Origin: Myxococcota bacterium
GTDB taxonomy: Bacteria > Myxococcota_A > UBA796 > SXON01
Assembly: GCA_040386535.1 (NCBI GenBank)
Contig: JAZKFH010000013.1
Location: 352,928-416,927 of the forward strand
Reading direction: 5' to 3'
Length of the DNA: 64,000 bases
Each line of letters opens with the position of its first letter. Position 1 is the stretch's first letter. Below the pieces are notes generated by a model. That model ran no database searches, was not told the origin of the DNA, and saw only the letters and a program-made list of their open reading frames with translations. This document shows positions 18,635 to 27,080 of this stretch, one piece after another. Both the position numbers and the translations under genes were made by a program.

Positions 18635-19467
18635 TCCTCTCCCTGCTCCTCGCGTGCGCGTCGCCGCCGGAAGCGCGCTTCGATCGGGACGAGATCCTCG
18701 GCCGCGTGCTCGCGCGTGTCGACACCGACAAGGACGGCCGGGTCACCGCCGAGGAGTACGCGCGGGTCGACTTCTCGGGGCCGACCTTCGTCGAGGCCGA
18801 CACGGACGGGGACGGCGCTCTCTCCATCGCCGAGCTGCGCACGATGACCCTCGCCCAGGACCCGACCACGTTCTACCGGGCGCCCGATCTCGTCTTGAAG
18901 AGCGGGAAGACCATCCCCGGCTCGGGCGGAAACGCCGACGCGGTGAAGCACGACGGGCCGGCCGGCGGGCCCGGTGGCGGCGGTGCGCAGGGGGGGCCGG
19001 GGGGCGGTGCGGAGGGCGGCCCCGGCGGCCCTGGTGGCGGCGGCCCCGGCGGCGGTGCGCAGGGTGGGCCGGGTGGCGGCGGCCCTGGTGGCGGCGGCCC
19101 CGGCGGTCCCGGTGGCGGCGCTCCAGGGGGTCCGGGCGGGGAGGCGAAGGGCGCGCCCGGCGGCGGGGGAGGGAAGAAGACCGGCGACCGCATGCAGCCG
19201 CCCGTCTCGCTGCTGGTGCTCCGGATCCTCCACGCGGAGGTCGCCTCCGTCGATCCCACCATCCCCTTGCCCTCCGAGGAGGAGATGAACCGCATCGGGT
19301 ACACCAACACGCTCGAGTCCGAAGAGGCCGTGGCGTTGCTGCGCGCGCTCGAGGAGGCCGCGGCCAAGGCGAACGTCGGCTTTCCCGCCACGCTCCGCGC
19401 TGCCACGCGCGCGAGCCGACCGGCCGCTCCGGCGGGGATCCCGGCGACAACCGCTGCCGACCCGTGA
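18631..19467 (+). CDS. EF-hand lipoprotein with Gly/Pro-rich linker
   Basis: LLLAC lipobox; EF-hands DTDKDGRVTAEE and DTDGDGALSIAE; central GGPGGGG repeats. Confidence 0.8.
   Translation: MILSLLLACASPPEARFDRDEILGRVLARVDTDKDGRVTAEEYARVDFSGPTFVEADTDGDGALSIAELRTMTLAQDPTTFYRAPDLVLKSGKTIPGSGGNADAVKHDGPAGGPGGGGAQGGPGGGAEGGPGGPGGGGPGGGAQGGPGGGGPGGGGPGGPGGGAPGGPGGEAKGAPGGGGGKKTGDRMQPPVSLLVLRILHAEVASVDPTIPLPSEEEMNRIGYTNTLESEEAVALLRALEEAAAKANVGFPATLRAATRASRPAAPAGIPATTAADP
18955..19172 (+). repeat. Low-complexity coding repeat encoding (GGPGGG)n
   Basis: Imperfect ggcggccc(t/c)ggtggcggc units within CDS 18631..19467. Confidence 0.75.
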
Positions 19468-19532
19468 CCACCGGGAGACGACCCGCGAGGTCCCACGCGT
19501 AGATGTTCTCCTCCAAAGGGAGGAACGCGTCC

Positions 19533-20105
19533 ATGGACACGGAACGGCGGGGATGGTGGGTGGGGCTCGCCCTGTGCGGCCTCTTGCTCGCGGGGTGCCC
19601 CGGGCCCATGGGGGGCGGGGGCATCATCGGGGACGCGTCCGACTTCGTGAACCTCGACAAGGACGGCGACGAGGCGGTCACCGTCAACGAGTTCTCGAAG
19701 TGGGGGAAGGACCAGGGAGTTCTGGACGCCTTCATGGGGAACACGAAGGGTGAGGTCGCGAACACCGCGCTGTCCCAGGGCCTCTACGACATCTGGGACG
19801 TGGAGGGCTCGGGCATCACCGAGGCCGAGTGGAACGAGGGGCTCCGCGCGTGGTTCCCCGACGCGGACACGCAGGAGTTCACGAGCTGGGATCTCGATCA
19901 GGACGGCTCGCTCGACGGCGACGAGCTCGTGGCCGGCTTCGCCCACACCGATCTGTTGCGCGGCTGGGACGACGACGGCGACGGGACGCTCACGATGGAC
20001 GAGACCTACCGCCGCTTCTACGACGTGTTCGACCAGGACAGCGACGGGACGCTCACCTCGGACGAGTGGACCCGCGGGCTGGCGAGCTGGAACTGGGGTT
20101 TCTGA
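19533..20105 (+). CDS. Multi-EF-hand calcium-binding lipoprotein
   Basis: GGAGG RBS, LLAGC lipobox; DKDGDEAVTVNE, DLDQDGSLDGDE, DDDGDGTLTMDE, DQDSDGTLTSDE. Confidence 0.85.
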   Translation: MDTERRGWWVGLALCGLLLAGCPGPMGGGGIIGDASDFVNLDKDGDEAVTVNEFSKWGKDQGVLDAFMGNTKGEVANTALSQGLYDIWDVEGSGITEAEWNEGLRAWFPDADTQEFTSWDLDQDGSLDGDELVAGFAHTDLLRGWDDDGDGTLTMDETYRRFYDVFDQDSDGTLTSDEWTRGLASWNWGF

Positions 20106-20617
20106 TGCGCCGCCTGCTCGTCGGGCTCGCCCTGGCCGGCGCATCGGCCGCGTGTGCGGGCACCGGCAGCCCGCGCGCGGTGTCGGACTGGATGGACGAG
20201 GGGACGGTGCAGGTGCACGGGGTGAGCGACGGGGGGGCCCCGCTCATCGGCGGGGGGCTGGTGCGGCGCGTGAGCGAGGGGGGCTTCGTCGGCTTTCGAG
20301 GGATGCTCCCGGTCTGGGGCACCGGGTCGTACACCGGCGAGGTGTTCGGGCGCGGCTACTTCACGCCCGACGCGCGCTCGAGCCTGTTCCTCGAGGGGGA
20401 CGCGGGCCTTCACCTCGTCCGGGGAGGGACGACCTTCATCCCCTCGGTCGGCTTGAACTTCGGGGTGCGTGTGGCGGTGACCGACACGCTCTCCGTCGGC
20501 GGGAGCTTCGCGCCCATCGTGTTCCCGGCCGGTCTGGAGCCGAAGGTGGACTTCGTGCGGATGGGCCCGCTCGGGATGGCGCCGCGGATGCTCGGAACGG
20601 TGGACTTCAAGCTTTAG
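20105..20617 (+). CDS. Hypothetical lipoprotein, possibly a small outer-membrane beta-barrel
   Basis: ASAAC lipobox; amphipathic beta-strand pattern ending GTVDFKL. TGATG coupling to the upstream gene. Confidence 0.65.
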   Translation: MRRLLVGLALAGASAACAGTGSPRAVSDWMDEGTVQVHGVSDGGAPLIGGGLVRRVSEGGFVGFRGMLPVWGTGSYTGEVFGRGYFTPDARSSLFLEGDAGLHLVRGGTTFIPSVGLNFGVRVAVTDTLSVGGSFAPIVFPAGLEPKVDFVRMGPLGMAPRMLGTVDFKL

Positions 20618-20624
20618 GCAGAGT

Positions 20625-21215
20625 CTACGGTTCCGGCCGCAAGGCCTTGAGATGGCTCACCCATCGCGTCCCGGCGATCGCGAGGCGCCACGGCGCTTCG
20701 CGGTCGTCCGGCTCCGCGTAGTCGATCCCGACCCGCGGGCCCACGAGGAGCGGGTACGTCTGGTCGCGGGCGTACACGGCGAGCGGGCCACTCAGGGGGA
20801 GCCCGGAGTGGGAGGTGTCGAGCGCGAGGGCCTGGCCGATCTTGCCGGGCCCGGTGAGCAGCGCGGGCCCGGCGAGGTTGCCCCGCCGCGCGGTCACGAC
20901 GTCGAGGCCCTCGACCACCTCCGCGGCGCGGACGAGCACCACCGCCGGGTGCCCTTCGGGGCCGGTCACGAAGTTGAGGAGGTGGTGCATGCCGTAGCAG
21001 AGGTAGACGTAGGCGTGCCCCGGCGGGCCCCACATGGGGGCGTTGCGCCGGGTGCGGCCCATCCGCGCGTGGTTCGCGGTGTCACCGGGGTAGCGGTAGG
21101 CCTCGACCTCGGTGATGCGCAGGCGGACGCCCGCGTGAGCGATCTGAGCGCCGACAAGATCGCGGGCAACGTCGAGCGCGTCCCGATCGTAGAAGGAGGG
21201 GAGCAGCGGGGTCAT
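20625..21215 (-). CDS. mpg: DNA-3-methyladenine glycosylase (MPG/AAG family)
   Basis: VARDLVG, ITEVEAY, PGHAYVYLCYGMH, VLVRA, GPGK, PRVGI. Confidence 0.93.
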   Translation of the reverse strand: MTPLLPSFYDRDALDVARDLVGAQIAHAGVRLRITEVEAYRYPGDTANHARMGRTRRNAPMWGPPGHAYVYLCYGMHHLLNFVTGPEGHPAVVLVRAAEVVEGLDVVTARRGNLAGPALLTGPGKIGQALALDTSHSGLPLSGPLAVYARDQTYPLLVGPRVGIDYAEPDDREAPWRLAIAGTRWVSHLKALRPEP

Positions 21216-21257
21216 CCGACCCGCTATCCCCCCACGGCCCCCGGGCTACGTTCGCGC

Positions 21258-22862
21258 ATGCTCCTGTTCGCCGTTGCCGACGCCCTGGCCGCGCCCCTGG
21301 CGCTGGACCCGGTCGACGCGCGGCTCTCGGGCGCGCTCCGCGAGGCCATGCGGCTCGACACGCTCGGAGAGGTCGACACCTTCCGGTACGCGCGAATCGA
21401 GCCGCCGCCGCTCGACGGGCTCTCGGTCACGGTCGAGAGCGACGATCCGGACGCGCTCCTCGACCGCCTCGACGCGCTCGGCCTCGTCGTGGAGGCCGCT
21501 GCGGGCGACCGCGTGCAGGTGTTCGTGCCCTACGCGCGGCTGCGGGAGGTCGCGGCGCTCCCCGGGGTGCGGCGCGTGCGCGAGCCCTGGCGGGCGGAGC
21601 CCAAGGGCATCGTGAGCGAGGGGTACGCGGCCGTGATGGAGTCGGACTGGCGCGCGGAGGGGTACGACGGCACCGGCGTCCGCGTCGGCATCGTGGACGT
21701 GGGGTTCGCCCGCTACGACACGCTCGACGCGGGGGAGGTGCCCGCGGCGCCGGTCACCGACTTCTCGCGCGGCAGCCTGGACGCGACCTCGCACGGCACC
21801 GCCGTGACCGAGATCGTGCACGACTTCGCTCCGGGCGCCACGTACTACCTCGCCACCTTCTCGACGGAGGTCGAGCTGGGCGAGGTGCTCGCGTGGCTCG
21901 TCGAGGAAGACGTGGATGTCGTCAACGCCTCGATCGGCTTCGACAACACCGCGCACGCGGACGGGTACAGCTACGTGACGCGGCTGGTCGAGCAGGTGGT
22001 CGACCGGGGCATCGTGTACGTGGCGGCGTCCGGCAACGAGAACGACAAGTACCGGGTGGGCGCCCTCGGGTGGGCCCCGGGCGGCGGCGTGTCGCTGGCG
22101 GGCTCGGCGGCGACCCACCTCTGGTCCTCCGGCGGCTACGTCCGCGTGAGCCTGCGCTGGTCCGAGCCCTTCGGCGCCGCTGCGACCGACCTCGATCTGG
22201 TGCTCACCAACGAGGACGGCACCGAGTGCGGGCGGTCGGAGGAGCCCCAGGACGGCGACGACGATCCCTACGAGTCCGTCCTCGCGTCGGACTGCTCCGA
22301 CCTCGTCACCGCCGTGATCCTGGCGGGGGACGACGCGGTCGATCCGGTGGGCCTGGAGGGCTACCTCTACGCGCCCGGCACGATCGAGGCCGCCGAGTGG
22401 ACGAACACCGAGGATCTCACGTTACCGGGGGACACGCGGGGGGGCATCTCGGTGGGCGCGCTGTACGACGACGACTCCGTGCCGGCCTACGGGAGCCGCG
22501 GCCCCACGAACGACGGGCGGACCAAGCCCGACATCGTGGCCCGCACGGGCGTGAGCACCGCCACCTACGGCCCGGGGGCCTTCGAGGGCACGAGCGCGGC
22601 GGCCCCGCACGTGGCTGGGCTCGCGGCGCTCTGGATCGACGCGTCGAACCGCCATGGCCAGCCCGACGTGTTCCGGACGTGGCTCCAGGCGCACGCGCGG
22701 GACCTCGGGATGGCGGGCCCCGACGATGTGTATGGCGCGGGCGCCGCGCGGGCGGACGCGCTCCCGCCGACCGCGTGTGGATGCGCCGCGGGCGGCAGCT
22801 TCGGGGGAGGCGCCGCACTTGGGATTCTCGTGGCGATGGCCGCGGTCCGGAGGCGCGCGTGA
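21258..22862 (+). CDS. S8 family serine peptidase with MYXO-CTERM-like tail
   Basis: Intact triad IVDVGF / SHGTAV / GTSAAAPHVAG; SRGPTNDGRTKPDI; C-terminus CGCAAGG...LVAMAAVRRRA. Confidence 0.9.
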   Translation: MLLFAVADALAAPLALDPVDARLSGALREAMRLDTLGEVDTFRYARIEPPPLDGLSVTVESDDPDALLDRLDALGLVVEAAAGDRVQVFVPYARLREVAALPGVRRVREPWRAEPKGIVSEGYAAVMESDWRAEGYDGTGVRVGIVDVGFARYDTLDAGEVPAAPVTDFSRGSLDATSHGTAVTEIVHDFAPGATYYLATFSTEVELGEVLAWLVEEDVDVVNASIGFDNTAHADGYSYVTRLVEQVVDRGIVYVAASGNENDKYRVGALGWAPGGGVSLAGSAATHLWSSGGYVRVSLRWSEPFGAAATDLDLVLTNEDGTECGRSEEPQDGDDDPYESVLASDCSDLVTAVILAGDDAVDPVGLEGYLYAPGTIEAAEWTNTEDLTLPGDTRGGISVGALYDDDSVPAYGSRGPTNDGRTKPDIVARTGVSTATYGPGAFEGTSAAAPHVAGLAALWIDASNRHGQPDVFRTWLQAHARDLGMAGPDDVYGAGAARADALPPTACGCAAGGSFGGGAALGILVAMAAVRRRA

Positions 22863-24019
22863 GCGCTTCCCGCGTCGCCTTCCTCGCGCTCCTCGCGGGC
22901 TGCACCCCCGTCGGCCTCGACGGCTTCTGGGTCGAGCTGCACGGGCGCGTGGTGGATGAGGGCGACCGGCCGGTGTCCGGCGCGACCGTGGTGCTCGCGA
23001 GCGACGAGGGGACCGCGGTCGCGGAGGTCCGCACCAACGGCGACGGCGAGTGGCGGGCGCCGCTCTACGGCACCGCGCTCGACAACGTGGTCGTCGCGCT
23101 GGTGCGCGCCGGCGGGTACGCCGAGGGGCGCGCCACGTTCGAGGTGAACCTCTACTCGCCGGACACCACCACGCTGCGCGCGGGCCCCGTGCAGACCTGG
23201 GACGCGACGTCCCGCACCCTCGCGACGGTGCGGCTCGCCGAGGAGGCCGAGCTTGCCTTCGTGACCGGCCGCGTCCTCGACGCCGTGAGCGGCGCGCCCG
23301 TGGCCGGGGTCCCGCTGGGCCTCCAGGCCGGCTGGAACGCGCGCCCGGAGGACGCCGCCGTCGACGCCGTGGTGACCGGCGCGTCCGGCGACTTCCGCTT
23401 CGAGACGACCAAGGCGGGGGCGTACACGGTCACCGCCGCGGCCGCGGGCGACTACGGCGCGGCGCGGTTCCCCGCGTTCCTCACCGCCGCGGGCGGCCGC
23501 GCGGTGGGCCTCGTGGGGGCGCCCGTCCAGGCCGGGGAGCTTCGCGCCAGCCTCTCGTGGGGGGATGCCCCGTTCGACCTCGACCTGCACCTCTCCGCGC
23601 CGCTCAAGGGGGGCATCGCCGGGGCGGACGGCACCGGCCAGTACCACCTCTGGTCGGGCGCCCCCGCCCACCCCGCCCGCGGCGACGACGCCGATCGCGA
23701 GGCGTGGATGGAGCGCACCGACGCGGACGGGCAGGGCCCGGAGACCGTGTGGATCGGGAGCCTCGCCGCGGAGGGGGTGGTGCGGCTCTCCGTCTTCGAC
23801 AACGACAACCGCTCGGATGTCGACACCACCGCGCTCGCGGGGTCTGGCGCCGTGTTGCAGGTGTGGGCGGGGGATGACATGCCCCGCTACTGGTCGGCGT
23901 CCCCGGGCGAGGTGGCGACCGCCTGGCGGCCGGTGGAGATCGACGTGGAGACCCTGCTGACCTACTCGGTCGAGACGTGGTCGGTCGGGATCGATCCCGC
24001 GGATCCCGAGGCGTTCTGA
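22859..24019 (+). CDS. Lipoprotein with carboxypeptidase-regulatory-like domains and a DLDLH/GPE (YfaP-like) domain
   Basis: LLAGC lipobox; GRVVDEGDRPVSGATV and GRVLDAVSGAPVAGV; SWG...DLDLHL...GPETV. GTGA overlap with the upstream gene. Confidence 0.75.
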   Translation: MSASRVAFLALLAGCTPVGLDGFWVELHGRVVDEGDRPVSGATVVLASDEGTAVAEVRTNGDGEWRAPLYGTALDNVVVALVRAGGYAEGRATFEVNLYSPDTTTLRAGPVQTWDATSRTLATVRLAEEAELAFVTGRVLDAVSGAPVAGVPLGLQAGWNARPEDAAVDAVVTGASGDFRFETTKAGAYTVTAAAAGDYGAARFPAFLTAAGGRAVGLVGAPVQAGELRASLSWGDAPFDLDLHLSAPLKGGIAGADGTGQYHLWSGAPAHPARGDDADREAWMERTDADGQGPETVWIGSLAAEGVVRLSVFDNDNRSDVDTTALAGSGAVLQVWAGDDMPRYWSASPGEVATAWRPVEIDVETLLTYSVETWSVGIDPADPEAF

Positions 24020-24144
24020 CCGTCGGGGTGCCCGGGGGCTCGGGCGGGGCCGGCCCCGCGGGTCCGGGGTGGGTCGGATCGTGGTCTTGTCCTTGTCGGG
24101 GGGGCCATCTCCCGTTAGACGCGCCGGTCCTCGGGTTGGGAGCA

Positions 24145-25311
24145 GTGGAGCTCTTTCCGGAACGCCTCGTCTCGGATCTCGGGCGCCTCCCCGGCGCGGG
24201 CCACAGCTACCTCAAGCAGTTGTGCACTCCCGACGGGACCGTGCTTCGCTCCGGGCTTCAACGGGTGGTCACGCGGCTCGGCGAGCCGATGCAGACCCGC
24301 GCCGCCGAGCTGCTCAATTCCGTGGAGAACCGGCGGTTCTTCCAGGGCTTCGCCGAGGTCTCCGCGCTCGCGGCGCTCGAGCCCGCCGGCTGGCGCGCCA
24401 CCGCCCTTCACCGGCCCGGCCCGCGCATCGAGATCCGTCGCGAGTCCGGCGCGCGCGAGGGGGCGGGATCGCCGCTCCTGCTCACCGTCCTCGCGTTCCT
24501 CCACCAGACCCGCCCCGGCGGCGAGGACGAGACCCGGCGGCGCCTGATCGAGGCGCTCTCCCGCGTGTCCTCTCGCCAGCGGTTTGCCGTGCTCGTCCGC
24601 CGCTGGTTGCCGCACGACTTCAACCCGGAGCCGGTGCGCCGCGCCATCGACCTCTGGCTCGGGCAGGTCGCCAACGGGCAGTGGGAGGGCCGCTACGCCG
24701 CCTACGAGGACGAACACATCTCGCTCGAGTTCTGCCTGACCGGGGAGCGCGCGAAGGCGCGCCAGTCGCCCGTCGCGCTCACGCTCGGGCCGTTCTACGC
24801 CCACCGCACGCTCGAGGTGCTCGAACCGCGCGTCGTGGCCGAGATCGACCGCCACGTCGCGTCTCCCGAGCGGAACCTCCCGCTCCTCGTCGCCTGCGCG
24901 GCCGACCAACCCTGGGCGGTGAACGACGGCTACCTGCGGGACTTCCTGTACGGGCGCGCCCGCCGCATCAGCCGGGAGGACGGCGTCCGCGAGGTCGAGT
25001 TCAGCGGCTCCGGCAGCGTGTCGGTGTTCCGCGATCCGCTCTACGCCTCGGTCGCCGGCCTGCTGCTCGTCGACCGCCGCCCCACCGTGTCCATGGCGAT
25101 GGGCGTGCGCGCCTGGCTCAACCCGTGGGCCACTCGCCGGCTCTCCCCCGCCGACATCCCGTTCCAGTGCTTCGCGGAGGACGCGCGCGCCTCCCAGAGC
25201 GCGCGCGAGCGGCCCCCCCTCGGCGGCGAGGCCACGGCTGATCCGGACGGAGTGGACCTGCGCGTGATGCGGTGGCACGCGGGCACCGGGCCCCGTATGG
25301 AGCTGGGATGA
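24145..25311 (+). CDS. Hypothetical protein
   Basis: Long ORF with coding-like bias, GGGAG before GTG 24145, ATGA-coupled to tdk. No motif recognised. Confidence 0.7.
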   Translation: MELFPERLVSDLGRLPGAGHSYLKQLCTPDGTVLRSGLQRVVTRLGEPMQTRAAELLNSVENRRFFQGFAEVSALAALEPAGWRATALHRPGPRIEIRRESGAREGAGSPLLLTVLAFLHQTRPGGEDETRRRLIEALSRVSSRQRFAVLVRRWLPHDFNPEPVRRAIDLWLGQVANGQWEGRYAAYEDEHISLEFCLTGERAKARQSPVALTLGPFYAHRTLEVLEPRVVAEIDRHVASPERNLPLLVACAADQPWAVNDGYLRDFLYGRARRISREDGVREVEFSGSGSVSVFRDPLYASVAGLLLVDRRPTVSMAMGVRAWLNPWATRRLSPADIPFQCFAEDARASQSARERPPLGGEATADPDGVDLRVMRWHAGTGPRMELG

Positions 25312-25922
25312 TCCCCCACCTCATGCCCCGCGACATCGGCTGGATCGAGGTCATCACCGGGTGCATGTTCTCCGGGAAGACAGAAGAGCTCATCCGCCGC
25401 ATCCGTCGCGCCCAGTACGCGCGGCAGCGGGTCGTGGTCTTCAAGCCCGGGATCGACGCGCGCTACAGCGAGGACAGCGTCGGCTCGCACTCGGGCATGC
25501 GCCTGCGCTCCTTCTCGGTCGAGACGGCGTCCGACATCCTCCCCCTCGTGGGGGACGCCATGGTGATCGGCATCGACGAGGGCCAGTTCCTCGGATCCGA
25601 GCTCCCGAACGTGTGCGAGAAGCTGGCGAACGAGGGCAAGCGCGTCATCGTGGCCGGCCTCGACACCGACTACCTGGGCCGGCCCTTCGAGCCGATGCCG
25701 CACCTGCTGGCGATCGCCGAGTACATCACCAAGAACCTCGCGATCTGCGTCGTGTGCGGCAATCCGTGCGACCGGAGCCAGCGCGTGGTCAACCGCGACA
25801 CGCGTTTCCTCGTCGGCGAGAGCGACGCGTACGAGGCCCGCTGCCGCGCCCATTGGGACCCGAACAACTTCGAGCCCGTGCAGCAGCGCCTCTCCCTGGG
25901 ATCGAACCTCAGCGAGGGGTAG
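25308..25922 (+). CDS. tdk: Thymidine kinase
   Basis: GCMFSGKTEELIRR, IDEGQF, AGLDTDY, zinc ligands CVVCG and YEARCRAH. Confidence 0.96.
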   Translation: MIPHLMPRDIGWIEVITGCMFSGKTEELIRRIRRAQYARQRVVVFKPGIDARYSEDSVGSHSGMRLRSFSVETASDILPLVGDAMVIGIDEGQFLGSELPNVCEKLANEGKRVIVAGLDTDYLGRPFEPMPHLLAIAEYITKNLAICVVCGNPCDRSQRVVNRDTRFLVGESDAYEARCRAHWDPNNFEPVQQRLSLGSNLSEG

Positions 25923-26940
25923 CGGCGACCGGCTCCTTACGCGTCACGGCGCCGGGCACGTTCGCCAGCGACCGCGCCACCCACCACGCCCGCAGGAAAT
26001 TCTCCCCGCGCACGGCCTGGATCGCCGGCTCGGTCCACCCGCGGCGCCGGAGCTCGTCCCACAACACCCCGAGCGAGCTCGCTGTCGCGATGTCGGGCGG
26101 GGGCGTGATCAGCCCGTCAAAGTCGCTGCCCAGCGCCACGACGCCGATGCCGCCGATGTCGCGGAGGTGCTCCACGTGGTCCGCCGCCTTCTTCACGCCC
26201 GCGGGGGAGCCGAGGAAGGTGCTGTGCAGGTTGAGCCCGACCACGCCGCCGGTCGCCGCGATGCACCCGATCTCCTCGTCGGTCAGGTTGCGGACGTGGG
26301 GCTTGACCGCCGCGGCGTCCGAGTGGGAGGCGAGCACCGGCACGAGCGAGGCGCGGCACACCTCCAAGGTCGTGGCGACCGACGCGTGCGAGAGATCGAC
26401 GAGCACCCCGAGGCGCTGGGCTTCGGCCACGAGCGCGCGCCCGTCGTCGGTGAGGCCCGTCCCCGCAGGCTGGGCGCCGGCGTCCCCGGACGAGCCCGCG
26501 AAGCGGTTGGAGAAGCTCCAGGTGAGGCCCAGCATCGAGAGCCCCCGCGCGTGCAGGGCGCGCAGCCCGTCGAGGCCGGTGGTGTCGATGCCGTGGGCGC
26601 CCTCCAAGGAGTAGACCATCGCGACGCCGCCGCGCTCGGCGATGGCGCGGGCCTCCTCCGGGGAGCGCGCGAGGGCCACGCTGTCGAGGCGCGCGTCCTC
26701 CTTCTCCAGGATGGCGAGCAGGGACTCGACATGGGCCTCCCACTTCGCCTCGCGCGGCGGCCAGAGCACCATCACGGCGAGGTTCGTGCCGCCGGTGCGG
26801 AGCTGGGCGAGCCCCGCTTCGAGCCCGTCCGCGTCGAGCCCGACCTTCTTGCGGTAGAGCTGGGTCGGCGTGTCGAGGTGCAGATCCGCCTGCATCTCCG
26901 CGGCGGGGGCGGAGGCGACGAGGGCGAGCGGGAGGAGCAT
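25909..26940 (-). CDS. Membrane dipeptidase (peptidase M19), secreted
   Basis: DLHLDT, SLEGA, VDLSH, ASHS, RNLTDE, GGVVG, LGSDFDG, GENFLR; signal peptide. Confidence 0.92.
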   Translation of the reverse strand: MLLPLALVASAPAAEMQADLHLDTPTQLYRKKVGLDADGLEAGLAQLRTGGTNLAVMVLWPPREAKWEAHVESLLAILEKEDARLDSVALARSPEEARAIAERGGVAMVYSLEGAHGIDTTGLDGLRALHARGLSMLGLTWSFSNRFAGSSGDAGAQPAGTGLTDDGRALVAEAQRLGVLVDLSHASVATTLEVCRASLVPVLASHSDAAAVKPHVRNLTDEEIGCIAATGGVVGLNLHSTFLGSPAGVKKAADHVEHLRDIGGIGVVALGSDFDGLITPPPDIATASSLGVLWDELRRRGWTEPAIQAVRGENFLRAWWVARSLANVPGAVTRKEPVAATPR

Positions 26941-27080
26941 TCGCGCGAGGTATCGCGGGGCAACGGGTCGGGGGCGCCGGACTTTACGACCCTCTCACCT
27001 TCCGTGGCCACACTTGGTTTGACGTCGTACACGACGGCACGCTATTGCCGCGGGTCGCTCCCGTACTCCAAGAGGCCCTC

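Noticed and set aside
24020..24075. GC-rich palindromes after the 22859..24019 gene as an ncRNA
   Set aside because: Short, expected by chance at this GC content, and without a U-tract. At most a weak terminator.
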